This document shows, in pieces, positions 1 to 9,192 of a stretch of DNA of 60,391 nucleotides. The stretch is from Candidatus Krumholzibacteriia bacterium. GTDB lineage: Bacteria; Krumholzibacteriota; Krumholzibacteriia; WVZY01. The stretch's first letter is position 1; the number at the start of each line of letters is the position of its first letter. The translations under genes and the position numbers were made by a program. The stretch covers positions 1 to 60,391 of the forward strand of contig JAZGDW010000093.1 in assembly GCA_036478295.1 (NCBI GenBank). Reading direction: 5' to 3'. Under the pieces are notes generated by a model. It was not told where the DNA came from, did no database searches, and saw only the letters and a program-made list of their open reading frames with translations.

Positions 1-1196
1 CTTTCCGTGACCAGCGTATTGCCGTTGGGCAGGCGCCTGCTCGTACCACAGGTCATGGAATAGAGCGTGTCACCGGCGGCGCCGGTGAACTGCCAGACCA
101 CCTTCATGTCGCCCGGGTCGAATTCGATGACTTTCGAGGTGCCGTTCTCGCCCACGTTGTCGAAAAGCAGAAAACGGCCGTTGTCCAGAAGCACGGGATC
201 ATGCTGCCTTCTCCACATTCTCGTCACCCCACCGGACTTCGCCCACACGGCCTTTTTCTTGTTGAGATCGATGATCGCTATCGTATCGAGCTTGAGAAAG
301 GACACGAGCACGTTGCCCTTTTTGAAGTACGGCGACATATCGCTTTTGCTGCCGTCAAAGACGTATAGAGAATTGGTGTGAAAAAGGTCGCCCCGTCGCC
401 GCATGCCGCGCATCAGATGGTTGTACTCGGAGTTCTCCATGCACTCGAGAAGCGAGTACTCGTCTACCAGTCTGCCGTTGGGATCGAGGATTGAAATGAA
501 GTCTTCGAGCACGGGCCTCACCGGATGGATACGTGAAATGACGCTGGCGCGACGGGCGAGGACATAGATGGCGCCGTCACCCGTCACGAACGCCTGGTGG
601 TGGCATCCCCCGCGGTACGCCCACTGCAGCCTGGAAAAACGGTCGAGCTTGACCATGCCGATTCCTTCCCAGATTGCCAGCAGGTCTCCGTTCGGATATC
701 CGTGTACGCGCCTCCAGAACGTGCTGTGTATGGTACGCGGTACTTCCGGCCAGACCTCGTCGATGTTCATCCGCCACCGGTGCAGCACGTTGCCCTTCAT
801 GTCCATGAGGAACGCTTCCGGCGCATGGCCCGACGTGTAGAGGTTGACACCGTCGTAGGCGCGTCCTTCATCGTGCTTCGTAATGTTGTCTTTTGCCGGC
901 GCCTCCTTGTATCCCTGGAGGTACGGCAGCGTCATGATTTCGGAGAGTTCTTCCATTTCCTTACCGCTTATCTGGCCGAGCCCCTCATCCCCCCTGGCCT
1001 CTCGCCATCTGCCCGGCAAGTTCCGCGGCCGGTTCGCCACGTCGCCGAGGATGGTGAGAAGTTCCAGCGCAGGGTCCAGCGGCGCAGCGCCTTTGGAAAG
1101 CAGAGCATCCCCGGACGGGCGGAGCAACCAGAAAGCCGTCGAAGCGGCCACCAACAACGACACCATTACCAGAACGAGTCGGCGTGTGCTAATCAT
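1..1196 (-). CDS. arylsulfotransferase-like (ASST family) protein with N-terminal membrane anchor; partial, 3' end runs off the window
   Basis: Absent from the ORF track because it has no in-window stop. My reverse-complement translation from the ATG at 1194-1196 reads MISTRRLVLVMVSLLVAASTAFWLL...MTLPYLQGYKE...GVNLYTSGHAPEAFLMDMKGNVLHRW...RQHDPVLLDNGRFLLFDNVGENG...RLPNGNTLVTE, with no stop down to position 1. These motifs recall ASST-type beta-propeller sulfotransferases. Confidence 0.5.
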   Translation of the reverse strand, partial: MISTRRLVLVMVSLLVAASTAFWLLRPSGDALLSKGAAPLDPALELLTILGDVANRPRNLPGRWREARGDEGLGQISGKEMEELSEIMTLPYLQGYKEAPAKDNITKHDEGRAYDGVNLYTSGHAPEAFLMDMKGNVLHRWRMNIDEVWPEVPRTIHSTFWRRVHGYPNGDLLAIWEGIGMVKLDRFSRLQWAYRGGCHHQAFVTGDGAIYVLARRASVISRIHPVRPVLEDFISILDPNGRLVDEYSLLECMENSEYNHLMRGMRRRGDLFHTNSLYVFDGSKSDMSPYFKKGNVLVSFLKLDTIAIIDLNKKKAVWAKSGGVTRMWRRQHDPVLLDNGRFLLFDNVGENGTSKVIEFDPGDMKVVWQFTGAAGDTLYSMTCGTSRRLPNGNTLVTE

Positions 1197-1335
1197 GAAC
1201 CCTCCACCAAGTGTTGCAGCCGATTATACACCAATTGTACACACGAGGCGCCGCTCTTTTTGAGCGATGATGCATGAACGTGCAGACCATTGTTGTACGG
1301 ATGCGGTCCCCGGGAGTGACTGCGTGGAAGACCGC

Positions 1336-3252
1336 TCAGCGGACGATAACTTTGTAGCTGATCGTGCCACCGGCGCCGGGCGGCAGAAAGAACGGAAGGT
1401 TCTTTGAAAACAGCACCTGCAGCAGACGAGTTCCGGCATCGTATTCACCCTCGTCGCCGTCCGCGGGGTCGAGCGTGAGGTAGAGCGTCGGCAAACCACC
1501 CCGCACCCATTCAACGTCCTGGCCGGGACCAAACGCGTCCGGCATGGGGTCCACGAACGGTGACATGAGATCGGAGATGACGATGTTCTGGAGGCTGTCC
1601 GCTCCGGAGTTGGTGAACGAGATCGTATACGTTACGACGTCACCGGGCGCCGCGGCCGCTATGTCCACACTTTTCAGCAGCGTGAGGACCTGATTGGCGA
1701 CGACCACGATGTCCACGGCCTGCGCCGACGTCGTTAGCGGTGTGTCGGAGATTACCTGCGACGCATCTACCGTCACGTTGAACGTGCTGCCCAGCGTCAT
1801 CGTGATCGGCACGAAGACGCGCACGAGTATCGACACCGCACTCTTGCCGCTTGCGGGGTCCATGTCGAGGTCACTCGCGACGAGCGGACGGTCGATCCCG
1901 TCAAGGATACCGTTTCCGTTCTCATCGAGAAACAAGGTCGTCACCGTGGACGAATCGGTTGTCACGGTGACCACAACCTGGCCCTGCGTGCCAACCGTTA
2001 TCAGGTGGGGAAAGTCCACAAAGCTGCCGGCGCTCCCCGTGAGCACCGAGCCCGGACTGATTGTCAGCGGCGCGACGTCCGCAAAATCGATTTGAATCGT
2101 ATCGCCGGCGTTGAGCGCGACCGGGCCGACGCTGTCCGGTGATATGGAAAGGAAACCGGACGGGTTCTGTTCGTTGACCAGGACGGATGTGCCACCCGTT
2201 ACCAGAAACGTGTAGCTGCCGTCGCCCGCCGTTACCTGCAGCAGTCCACCGACCAACTCGTTCACCGTGACACCGCCCAGTCCGGGCTCACCCGCCGTCA
2301 GGGCGCCGTCGTGGTTGAAGTCTTCGAAAACCGTTCCGGTCACAACCGCCGCCGTCTGCGTAACGAGCTCCACGCTTTCCGGATCGTTGGGAAGCATCGA
2401 CGAAAACGCGTCGATAATGGTCGAGAACTGCCCCGCGCCGACGCCCACCGGCACCTGGACCTTCACCGTATAGTTCAGCGATGCCCCGCCCCCGATGAGC
2501 GGCGTCCAGAAGGGCGCACTGTAATCGGTCACGCCGTCACTAATCAGCACGCTGCCCGCGGGCCAGCCGGCTGGAATCTGCCACGTGACCTGGAATGAAT
2601 CGGCGATCTCCCCGACGTTCCACACCTCGAGCGACGCCGTGTAATTCGTGCCCGGGTTGGCCGCGTGCAGGGAGACGCCGCCCTGTCCCGAGCCCAGCGT
2701 GCCGAACACGCCCAGGCCGTCGCCGTCGATAACGAGGTCCACCCGCGGCGGCGCGAGAACGGTGACGATGGCGGTGACACTTTCCCCAACTGTGGGATCG
2801 CGATTCGACACCACGTCGATTGTGTAGATGTAGACACCGGGCGGCGTACCGAAGGGCGCGTCCACGTGAAACGTGTAATCGCGGAAGTTCGGCGGGGGTA
2901 TCTTGTCGGAGGTAAACGGCTGCGGACCCCCTTGCATGGTCGCGGTCAGGCCGGGGATCGTGTTCCACGTGACCACGAAGTCGTCCGCGCGGCCGCCCTC
3001 GTTCTCCAGGCGCAAGATGAAGTCGAGACCACCGCCTGCCACGACAGTTTGCGAAGAAGTTCCGCCGGCGCCGGTGCCCACCGCCCCGTAAATGTTGTCG
3101 CCGTTGCCGTCGATCCAGGCGTCGACCACGGCTCCGCCCACCTGCGCAGGCACCGGTCTCACCACGGCTGCCAAAAAGAGCATCGTGGAAAGGCCTACGA
3201 GCACACCCCGTGCAGCCGTTCGTCTAGCGATATGCCGGAAAACCCAGCTCAT
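1336..3252 (-). CDS. secreted Ig-repeat surface protein (two ~130-aa CARDB/DUF11-like repeats, SdrD-B-like module, C-terminal DUF11-like domain)
   Basis: Signal peptide ARRTAARGVLVGLSTMLFLAAVVRPVPAQV. Repeated core motifs GGLDFILRLENEGGRADDFVVTW, TNYTASLEVWNVGEIADSFQVTW and GDVVTYTISFTNSGADSLQNIVI. SdrD-B-like VTGTVFEDFNHDGALTAGEPGLGGVTV. The start overlaps the upstream gene by 29 nt. Confidence 0.75.
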   Translation of the reverse strand: MSWVFRHIARRTAARGVLVGLSTMLFLAAVVRPVPAQVGGAVVDAWIDGNGDNIYGAVGTGAGGTSSQTVVAGGGLDFILRLENEGGRADDFVVTWNTIPGLTATMQGGPQPFTSDKIPPPNFRDYTFHVDAPFGTPPGVYIYTIDVVSNRDPTVGESVTAIVTVLAPPRVDLVIDGDGLGVFGTLGSGQGGVSLHAANPGTNYTASLEVWNVGEIADSFQVTWQIPAGWPAGSVLISDGVTDYSAPFWTPLIGGGASLNYTVKVQVPVGVGAGQFSTIIDAFSSMLPNDPESVELVTQTAAVVTGTVFEDFNHDGALTAGEPGLGGVTVNELVGGLLQVTAGDGSYTFLVTGGTSVLVNEQNPSGFLSISPDSVGPVALNAGDTIQIDFADVAPLTISPGSVLTGSAGSFVDFPHLITVGTQGQVVVTVTTDSSTVTTLFLDENGNGILDGIDRPLVASDLDMDPASGKSAVSILVRVFVPITMTLGSTFNVTVDASQVISDTPLTTSAQAVDIVVVANQVLTLLKSVDIAAAAPGDVVTYTISFTNSGADSLQNIVISDLMSPFVDPMPDAFGPGQDVEWVRGGLPTLYLTLDPADGDEGEYDAGTRLLQVLFSKNLPFFLPPGAGGTISYKVIVR

Positions 3253-6200
3253 TCAAAATCCATTCGGATAGAATCAATTGAACCCGGAAACTAAATCCAC
3301 TTTGCCACGCATCGTTCTGCGCCAGGTCGCGTTCCTCAAAACCGTTCACGCTGTAACCGGCGCCGAGACGAATGCGATCGAGAAACGTGCGGCCCAACTC
3401 GATGCCCGTACCCAGCTGCCGGGTACCGGCGCCATTCTGGCCCAGGTAGCGCGCCCACAGGTCGACGTCCCAGTGCCCGCGAAAATGGTGGACGTATTGC
3501 GACAGCAGCAAGTAGTTGTTGGTATTTTCGGAAATTCCGATGCTGTAGTCCTCCACATGCTTGAAGGCGAGCTTCAATCGGATCTCGTGGGCAGCCGCCA
3601 GAATCACGTTGACGTCGGTCGACAGCACGAGCCGTAACGTAATCGCGTCCGGGTCCACCGGCGAAAACCGATCGTACTCGTTTTTCAAAAGAAAAAGAGC
3701 CCTGATGCGCGACACGTCGGGGCGGTATATCGCTGCAATCCGGCCTTCGGAGCGGAGCGCGGTTCTGCCGAGATCCGGTGAATCCACCGAAAGCGCATCT
3801 CGAAAGAGTAACGCAATGCCGTTGCCGAACTGACGGATAGCATTCAGGCGAATGAGGTGGCGCGTCATCGACCGCTGCCAACGGACCTCGTATTGTCCCT
3901 CCACCAGTGCCGCGCCGCGATCGAGCCAGTTGAGACCCGACTTGACCGTTACGTATTCGTCGTCGAGCGAATTCGAAAACGAGCGAAAACCTTCGACGTC
4001 GAGCGATCCGTACAGATCCTGCTTGATCTGCGCCTTGTGCCGGATGCCAGACAGCGCGCCGATGCGTTCGTCCCCCGCGGTGCGGCTCATGGAGTACTTC
4101 GTGTAGGCGGATGATCCTTTGCCAGGATAGGATTCCACGCCCGCCAGCAGGCGTTGGGTGGCTGACCGCCCGTGCGCGGACAGGTACTCGTGGTTGACGA
4201 CGAGTTTGAGCTTGCCGAGAACGGGTACCGACGCCGTCGACTTCAACCGATCGGGGTAATCCTCCACCGTCTCGTCGGTGAGGTTCTTTTCCCACTGTGA
4301 GCGCACCTGCAGTCCGCGCCGCGCCTGCAGTCCGCCGCCGACTACGGACAGGAGGCTCTCGTCGTCTCTGCCCTGGTCTTCGTGTTCCGCCGCGCGAATA
4401 CCGCCGCTGATATGCGCCACGGGGGTTTCGAAGGTGCCGAGTACGAACAGGTTTTTCTTTTCTTCTCCCGTCTTGTCGAACTGGTGGACAAAGCCGTTCG
4501 ACTCGAGCAGGAAGTTTTTTGACACTCGCGTGCGCGAGTCGAACCCGGTCTTACGGCTGAACAGCTCGTGCTGGCCGCCCGTGAACGATGGATTGACGAA
4601 ATCACCGTCGACCCTGCGGTAGTACAGGGAATGTTTGCCGGTCGCGTTGCGCAAGGCGCCCTCGATCTTGTACGCGCTGCCGGCGCCGGCGAGCTCGTCC
4701 TGGCTGCGGGCGAACTCGCCCGACACGTTCAACGGACCCAATAACCCGGACCCATTGAGCCCGTAGAGCGCGTAATCGAAATCGCTTCCCCCCTGGGCCA
4801 CTGCGGTGGTACCGACTCGGTAGCGACTACCGCGGGCGACTTCGCCGCGAAAACCGTAGAGGTAGTCCGCCTCCTCGTCCGTCTCCACTTCGTAGATCGC
4901 AACGATGACAACGGGGTTGAAGGCGCGGGTGGTCACCGCCACCGGTTGCTTGAACAGAATCGCACCGTTGAAGTAGTTGATCGTGTAGTCGCGATTGATC
5001 ACCTGCGGGTGTACCTCGATAACCCTCTCCGGTTGAAAGCGGTCCCGGGTCTCGAGCACGATATTTACGGTGTTTTCCACAACGGGCGAGCGCGTGAGAT
5101 AATAGAACCCGCTGGTGCCGTCTCCCGGGATCTCGTCTTTGAACGTACTGAAGTCCGTCTTGGTCACAAACGCCTTCACGCGGTGATCGCCCGATCTGAA
5201 CTCGCCGTTGACACCGGTCGACGAGCGTTGGAATTTCAGGAACTCTCCCTCCGTCAGCGGGGTCTGGAAATCGCCATAACGCAAGAACGACTCGTTCTTT
5301 TGCAACGCGACGTAGTTGCCGCTCTCGGAGGGCGCGGCGAACCCGAGCTCCGAGGAGTCTCCGTAGAAGGAGTACTGGCGGTCCGGACCGAGCGTTTTGA
5401 GAACGGGATCCTTGTAACGCTTCTTGCTATCCAGCCTCACAGTAAGGTTGACGTCGCGGTAGAGCGTGCCTTGGACAAAGAGGCGTGAGACACCTTTGAA
5501 CTGCACGCTTTCGTCGAAGTCGTCAAGACCCAGGGGGTCCGCTGCACCGGACGTGTTGAACACGCCGACGGTGCCTTCTGCGATTCCCGTCACGAGCAGC
5601 GGCCGCTTGCGCGGAATGTACCTCAGGTCGACCGTTGCCTGCATGTCCCCTACCGTTACCACAATCTTGTGCCGGCCCGCCGTCGTGCTCGCCTTTATCC
5701 TCAGCGTCAGGTAACCGCCTTCGGTGGTGAGCTGCAGGCCCCGCTCGTCCGGACGCTTGTCCGTGCCGGCAAGAAGAGGCGCCCCCTCGCTGACCGTACC
5801 CACCACGCCGTCCACCACCGGCAGACCGACCTCATCGAGCACAGCGATGCGGATGACCCCGGTCGTCTGCCCGTCGGCGGGGACATAGCGCCGGCGCTCC
5901 TCGACGGCCAGGCGCGCTGGTCGGCCGGCGAGGGCCACCCGGAGGGTATCGCTTCGCGCGGGACCGCTGACCGGCCTGGCGTTCAAGACCAGCGAGTTCC
6001 ACCCGCGTTCGATCTTGACGCCGTAATAGGTGACGTCTTCCCATCCGGCTCTTACGTTTATGACTTTTTCACCGATTCGTTTTGCCGGGATGATGTCGCC
6101 GTTGCGTTCCAGAACGAAGGCGCTACCTACTGGCACCCGGACCCGGACGCGAATCCCGTCGCTGCGCGTATACACGTCACCGGCCGATGGTTCGAGAAAG

Positions 6201-8509
6201 CCAAATAGAATGCTATCGCTCACCTGGCTGCCCCGCGACAGGCCCGCCGCGGGTGTGCCCGGTGTATTCACACGCTGCTGGTCGCGGCCGCTGTCCGGGT
6301 CCCCGGTCTTCGATCCCGAGTCGTTTAGTCCGCGGGGCACTTCTTCCATCCAGCGCTCGACGACAAAATGCCGGGCTTTTCCCGGCTCCCCGCCACTCGC
6401 CAGCGCGCTGATTGCGGTGGTGCGCCGCTTCGCGTCCCAGGTGGCACCAGGCTCCCTCGTAGACCACCCGTTTCGCGACGCTTCGAAAACCAGTGATGCC
6501 CGTACGCGGCGAATGAGGGCGGTGTCCGGGGCGGCCGCTCTGAACGTCACCTCGCACTGGATCCCGCGTGAACGCCGGAAGTCTGAAAAATGATAGTGCG
6601 TGCCGTCACCACCTACGTCTTCTCCCCCACTTCGCACGGTCCTCTTCGCCCCGCGCAGGGCCGCCGGCACCTCGAGGACCAGCTCGGCGTCCCGCGGATG
6701 GGGTGAGTTGGTGGAAATGTCCCAGACGATCCTCACCTGAAACGTGTCGGGTAGCTCCTCCAGTTGCTCGATTTCGGTCGCAACGCGTTTGATCGAAGAG
6801 GCATCATCGAAGCTCACTCCCTGTGGCACGAAACTGATTTCCACGCGACGATTTCTGGCCCGCCCCTCCCGCGTCTGGTTGGCGGCGATGGGCTGCTGTG
6901 CGCCGTAACCACGCGCTTCGATGCGGTGCTCCGTGATGCCCTTGGCCATGATGTAGCGCTTTACCGCTTCGGCGCGCGCAACGGACAGCTCCAGGTTGGA
7001 TGCGAAGTCGTCGTTGTGCATTGGAACGTTGTCCGTGTGACCCTCGAGCAGCACCATCCATCCCGGGTTCTTGATGAGGAAAGTCCGTATGGGATCGAGA
7101 CGACCCAGCGTGCCGGTTTTCAAGAACGCCTTGCCAACTAGAAAATTGGAGCTCGGCACGGACGGTATCTGGTACAGCGCGCGGTGTCGCCGCGTCACGC
7201 TAACCAGCTCCTGGAGGGAAATGCTCCTCGTGCGCAGGTCACGGGCGTAGGATATCGTCCTCCGTACGGGGAACGACACCACGGCGTTGCCGCTGGCCAG
7301 CAGGTGAATCAACCGTTCGTTCCATGCGCCGCCGCCCCGCGGGGCGCCCGGAGTCACATCCGGTGGCAGCGTGCTCTCATCGAGCCGCAGCACCCGGTAC
7401 CCCGAGAAGACGCGCGGAATAGAGAATTTGCCGAGCGAATCGGTGACCGCGTACTCGCCGCTCTCCACGTACACGGCGACGCCTCCAACGCCCTGCTCGC
7501 CGCCACCGCGCTCACCGTCACCGTCTTCGTCCACGAACACGTCGCCGAGGATAATACCGTCGCTCGAGAAAATATCGTTTTCGATTCGGAGTACATTGAC
7601 CACCGGTCCGGCGAACACCATGTCGCCAGTGATCGCGATTCCCTGCGCTTCTCCAATGACTTTTGTTTTTCCCCTGGCCACGCGGCTGTTGGCGATGAAC
7701 TTGATGACCGTTTCGCGCTTCTCGCCCGGTGCCAGGGTACCGGCCGCCCAGCGAAGCACCGCCCCGCTCCGGGCGAACGACGGACTGGACAGGAAATTCA
7801 ACGTCGGCTGGACCATCTCGCGCACGATGACGTTGTCAACCTGCAAGCTGTCGCTGACATTCTGCACCGACACAATGAGTGTTACGACATCACCGAACCC
7901 CGCCGTATTGTCCTTGAACGTCTGGTCGAGCCGGATGACTGCCGCCGGATTGATCGTTGCGGGGATCACGATGCGGTCCACGGTTCGGTTTACCCGTGCC
8001 GTGTCGAGCCGCGAGCGCACCAGCAACCGCACCGACAGTGAATCGTTTATCACGTTGAAAAACGGCGTCCCGGGCGTCGAGATGGTCGTGAGCACCGACC
8101 GTGTCTCACCGACGGCCAGCGTTCCCAGCAGCACCGCACCGGGAGTCAGCGGAGACACCGTCAAGAGAGCGCCCGTCGTATCCCGGAACGTCACGCTGGT
8201 CCCCGGCGGCCAGCCGAGCGAATCGGCGACTTGCATCTCTACGACATCCGCTGCGCCACCCCCGTTGCTTACGTCGTTGCGAAACGTGATACTGAAATCC
8301 GTATACCCAACGGCGCCTAGTGAGACGTCGTCGGGACTGCCTTCTCCCCGGGGCAGGGCGCGGGCGTTCCGGTATGGCCCGAAATGCAAGGTTGACAACG
8401 ACGCCAGGGTGGTTACACGTACGACACTCGTTTCCACGACACCTGTTGTGTCGTTCACCGACCGGGCCTGGATCTCGACGTAGCTGTCACCCGGAGCGCC
8501 GTTCGCCAA
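3224..8509 (-). CDS. giant envelope protein, main body: DUF11-like Ig repeats, SdrD-B-like module, OmpA/MotB peptidoglycan-binding domain, Big_1-like Ig domain, ~800-aa C-terminal beta-rich (putative outer-membrane barrel) region
   Basis: OmpA motif WMVLLEGHTDNVPMHNDDFASNLELSVARAEAVKRYIMAKGITEHRIEARGYGAQQPIAANQTREGRARNRRVEISF (about nt 6824-7177). GDVVTLIVSVQNVSDSLQVDNVIV. GDVFVDEDGDGERGGGEQGVGGVAVYV. Big_1-like YVPADGQTTGVIRIAVLDEVGLPVVDGVVG...HKIVVTVGDMQATVDLRY. The C-terminus has amphipathic beta patterns (GTGIELGRTFLDRIRLGAGYSVNGF...QSGFSFRVQLIL). The listed TTG start has no signal peptide; the ORF continues upstream in another frame (see 8487-9095). Confidence 0.8.
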   Translation of the reverse strand: MANGAPGDSYVEIQARSVNDTTGVVETSVVRVTTLASLSTLHFGPYRNARALPRGEGSPDDVSLGAVGYTDFSITFRNDVSNGGGAADVVEMQVADSLGWPPGTSVTFRDTTGALLTVSPLTPGAVLLGTLAVGETRSVLTTISTPGTPFFNVINDSLSVRLLVRSRLDTARVNRTVDRIVIPATINPAAVIRLDQTFKDNTAGFGDVVTLIVSVQNVSDSLQVDNVIVREMVQPTLNFLSSPSFARSGAVLRWAAGTLAPGEKRETVIKFIANSRVARGKTKVIGEAQGIAITGDMVFAGPVVNVLRIENDIFSSDGIILGDVFVDEDGDGERGGGEQGVGGVAVYVESGEYAVTDSLGKFSIPRVFSGYRVLRLDESTLPPDVTPGAPRGGGAWNERLIHLLASGNAVVSFPVRRTISYARDLRTRSISLQELVSVTRRHRALYQIPSVPSSNFLVGKAFLKTGTLGRLDPIRTFLIKNPGWMVLLEGHTDNVPMHNDDFASNLELSVARAEAVKRYIMAKGITEHRIEARGYGAQQPIAANQTREGRARNRRVEISFVPQGVSFDDASSIKRVATEIEQLEELPDTFQVRIVWDISTNSPHPRDAELVLEVPAALRGAKRTVRSGGEDVGGDGTHYHFSDFRRSRGIQCEVTFRAAAPDTALIRRVRASLVFEASRNGWSTREPGATWDAKRRTTAISALASGGEPGKARHFVVERWMEEVPRGLNDSGSKTGDPDSGRDQQRVNTPGTPAAGLSRGSQVSDSILFGFLEPSAGDVYTRSDGIRVRVRVPVGSAFVLERNGDIIPAKRIGEKVINVRAGWEDVTYYGVKIERGWNSLVLNARPVSGPARSDTLRVALAGRPARLAVEERRRYVPADGQTTGVIRIAVLDEVGLPVVDGVVGTVSEGAPLLAGTDKRPDERGLQLTTEGGYLTLRIKASTTAGRHKIVVTVGDMQATVDLRYIPRKRPLLVTGIAEGTVGVFNTSGAADPLGLDDFDESVQFKGVSRLFVQGTLYRDVNLTVRLDSKKRYKDPVLKTLGPDRQYSFYGDSSELGFAAPSESGNYVALQKNESFLRYGDFQTPLTEGEFLKFQRSSTGVNGEFRSGDHRVKAFVTKTDFSTFKDEIPGDGTSGFYYLTRSPVVENTVNIVLETRDRFQPERVIEVHPQVINRDYTINYFNGAILFKQPVAVTTRAFNPVVIVAIYEVETDEEADYLYGFRGEVARGSRYRVGTTAVAQGGSDFDYALYGLNGSGLLGPLNVSGEFARSQDELAGAGSAYKIEGALRNATGKHSLYYRRVDGDFVNPSFTGGQHELFSRKTGFDSRTRVSKNFLLESNGFVHQFDKTGEEKKNLFVLGTFETPVAHISGGIRAAEHEDQGRDDESLLSVVGGGLQARRGLQVRSQWEKNLTDETVEDYPDRLKSTASVPVLGKLKLVVNHEYLSAHGRSATQRLLAGVESYPGKGSSAYTKYSMSRTAGDERIGALSGIRHKAQIKQDLYGSLDVEGFRSFSNSLDDEYVTVKSGLNWLDRGAALVEGQYEVRWQRSMTRHLIRLNAIRQFGNGIALLFRDALSVDSPDLGRTALRSEGRIAAIYRPDVSRIRALFLLKNEYDRFSPVDPDAITLRLVLSTDVNVILAAAHEIRLKLAFKHVEDYSIGISENTNNYLLLSQYVHHFRGHWDVDLWARYLGQNGAGTRQLGTGIELGRTFLDRIRLGAGYSVNGFEERDLAQNDAWQSGFSFRVQLILSEWILNELGFPAYR

Positions 8510-9095
8510 TACGAACGCGGCGGACAGGCCGACCTGGCCGCCGAGCCCGAGCCGCCAGGAACGCGGGGTCGTCCTCTCCCGTTTCGAAGCGACCGTTCGC
8601 GTTGGCGTCGTTGAAGAGGATGACCCGCGCGAGACCCACCGTCGACGGCGGGATAATCTGCTCGGCCACGGCGACCGAGTCGGGCGCGTTTCCGAGATTT
8701 TCGAGTATGAAATCCGCGTAGAGGGTGTCTCCCCCGAAACCTTGCACGGAGAACGCGGGCGAAACCACGGTACCTGGAGGTGTCAGCGAGATCGCGTAAA
8801 GCGGAAGGACATTGGTCGCGACCTGGTTGGAAAACGCGACGCGCATACCGGCATTCGTCAGGTATTCCGCGCGTGAACGGCTCGTAATCTGGGTACCCGC
8901 GGGCGTGATTGCGCTACGAGCGGCGCCGGTAGGCAAAAAGAGTCCCGTAATGGCCCCAAGAAGAAAGATTATCGGGGCCAGGCTGTGTTTCAGGGTTGCG
9001 CTACTGCGCAGGTTGCGCCTCGGAACTCTCAATTGATCAAACCCCTGAATGCCCAGCAGCGGATGGGGGGTTTTCACCCGCCCATCCGCTTGCAT
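8487..9095 (-). CDS. leader and first DUF11-like repeat of the giant protein, separated from the main body by a +1 frame change (frameshift, pseudogene or assembly error)
   Basis: Signal-like LAPIIFLLGAITGLFLPTGAARSAITPAGTQITSRSRAEY parallels the start of the 900-aa paralogue (AVITPAGTLIRNRSSATY). Core motif GDTLYADFILENLGNAPDSVAV. The last ~25 aa (ARARRPGRPVRRVRIGERRSG) look like out-of-frame junk, while the main-body frame reads ...LGLGGQVGLSAAFVLANGAPGDSYVEIQ across the junction. An in-frame TTG at 9032 would give a cleaner signal peptide (MRVPRRNLRSSATLKHSLAPIIF...). Confidence 0.6.
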   Translation of the reverse strand: MQADGRVKTPHPLLGIQGFDQLRVPRRNLRSSATLKHSLAPIIFLLGAITGLFLPTGAARSAITPAGTQITSRSRAEYLTNAGMRVAFSNQVATNVLPLYAISLTPPGTVVSPAFSVQGFGGDTLYADFILENLGNAPDSVAVAEQIIPPSTVGLARVILFNDANANGRFETGEDDPAFLAARARRPGRPVRRVRIGERRSG

Positions 9096-9192
9096 GGTTT
9101 ACAACCGCTTCGGTCGGCCACAGGGCCGCACCGTTTGCGGTGCCAGCCCGAGCCGTGGATGGCTACGCCGACGGCCGGCCGGCGCGGTGATC

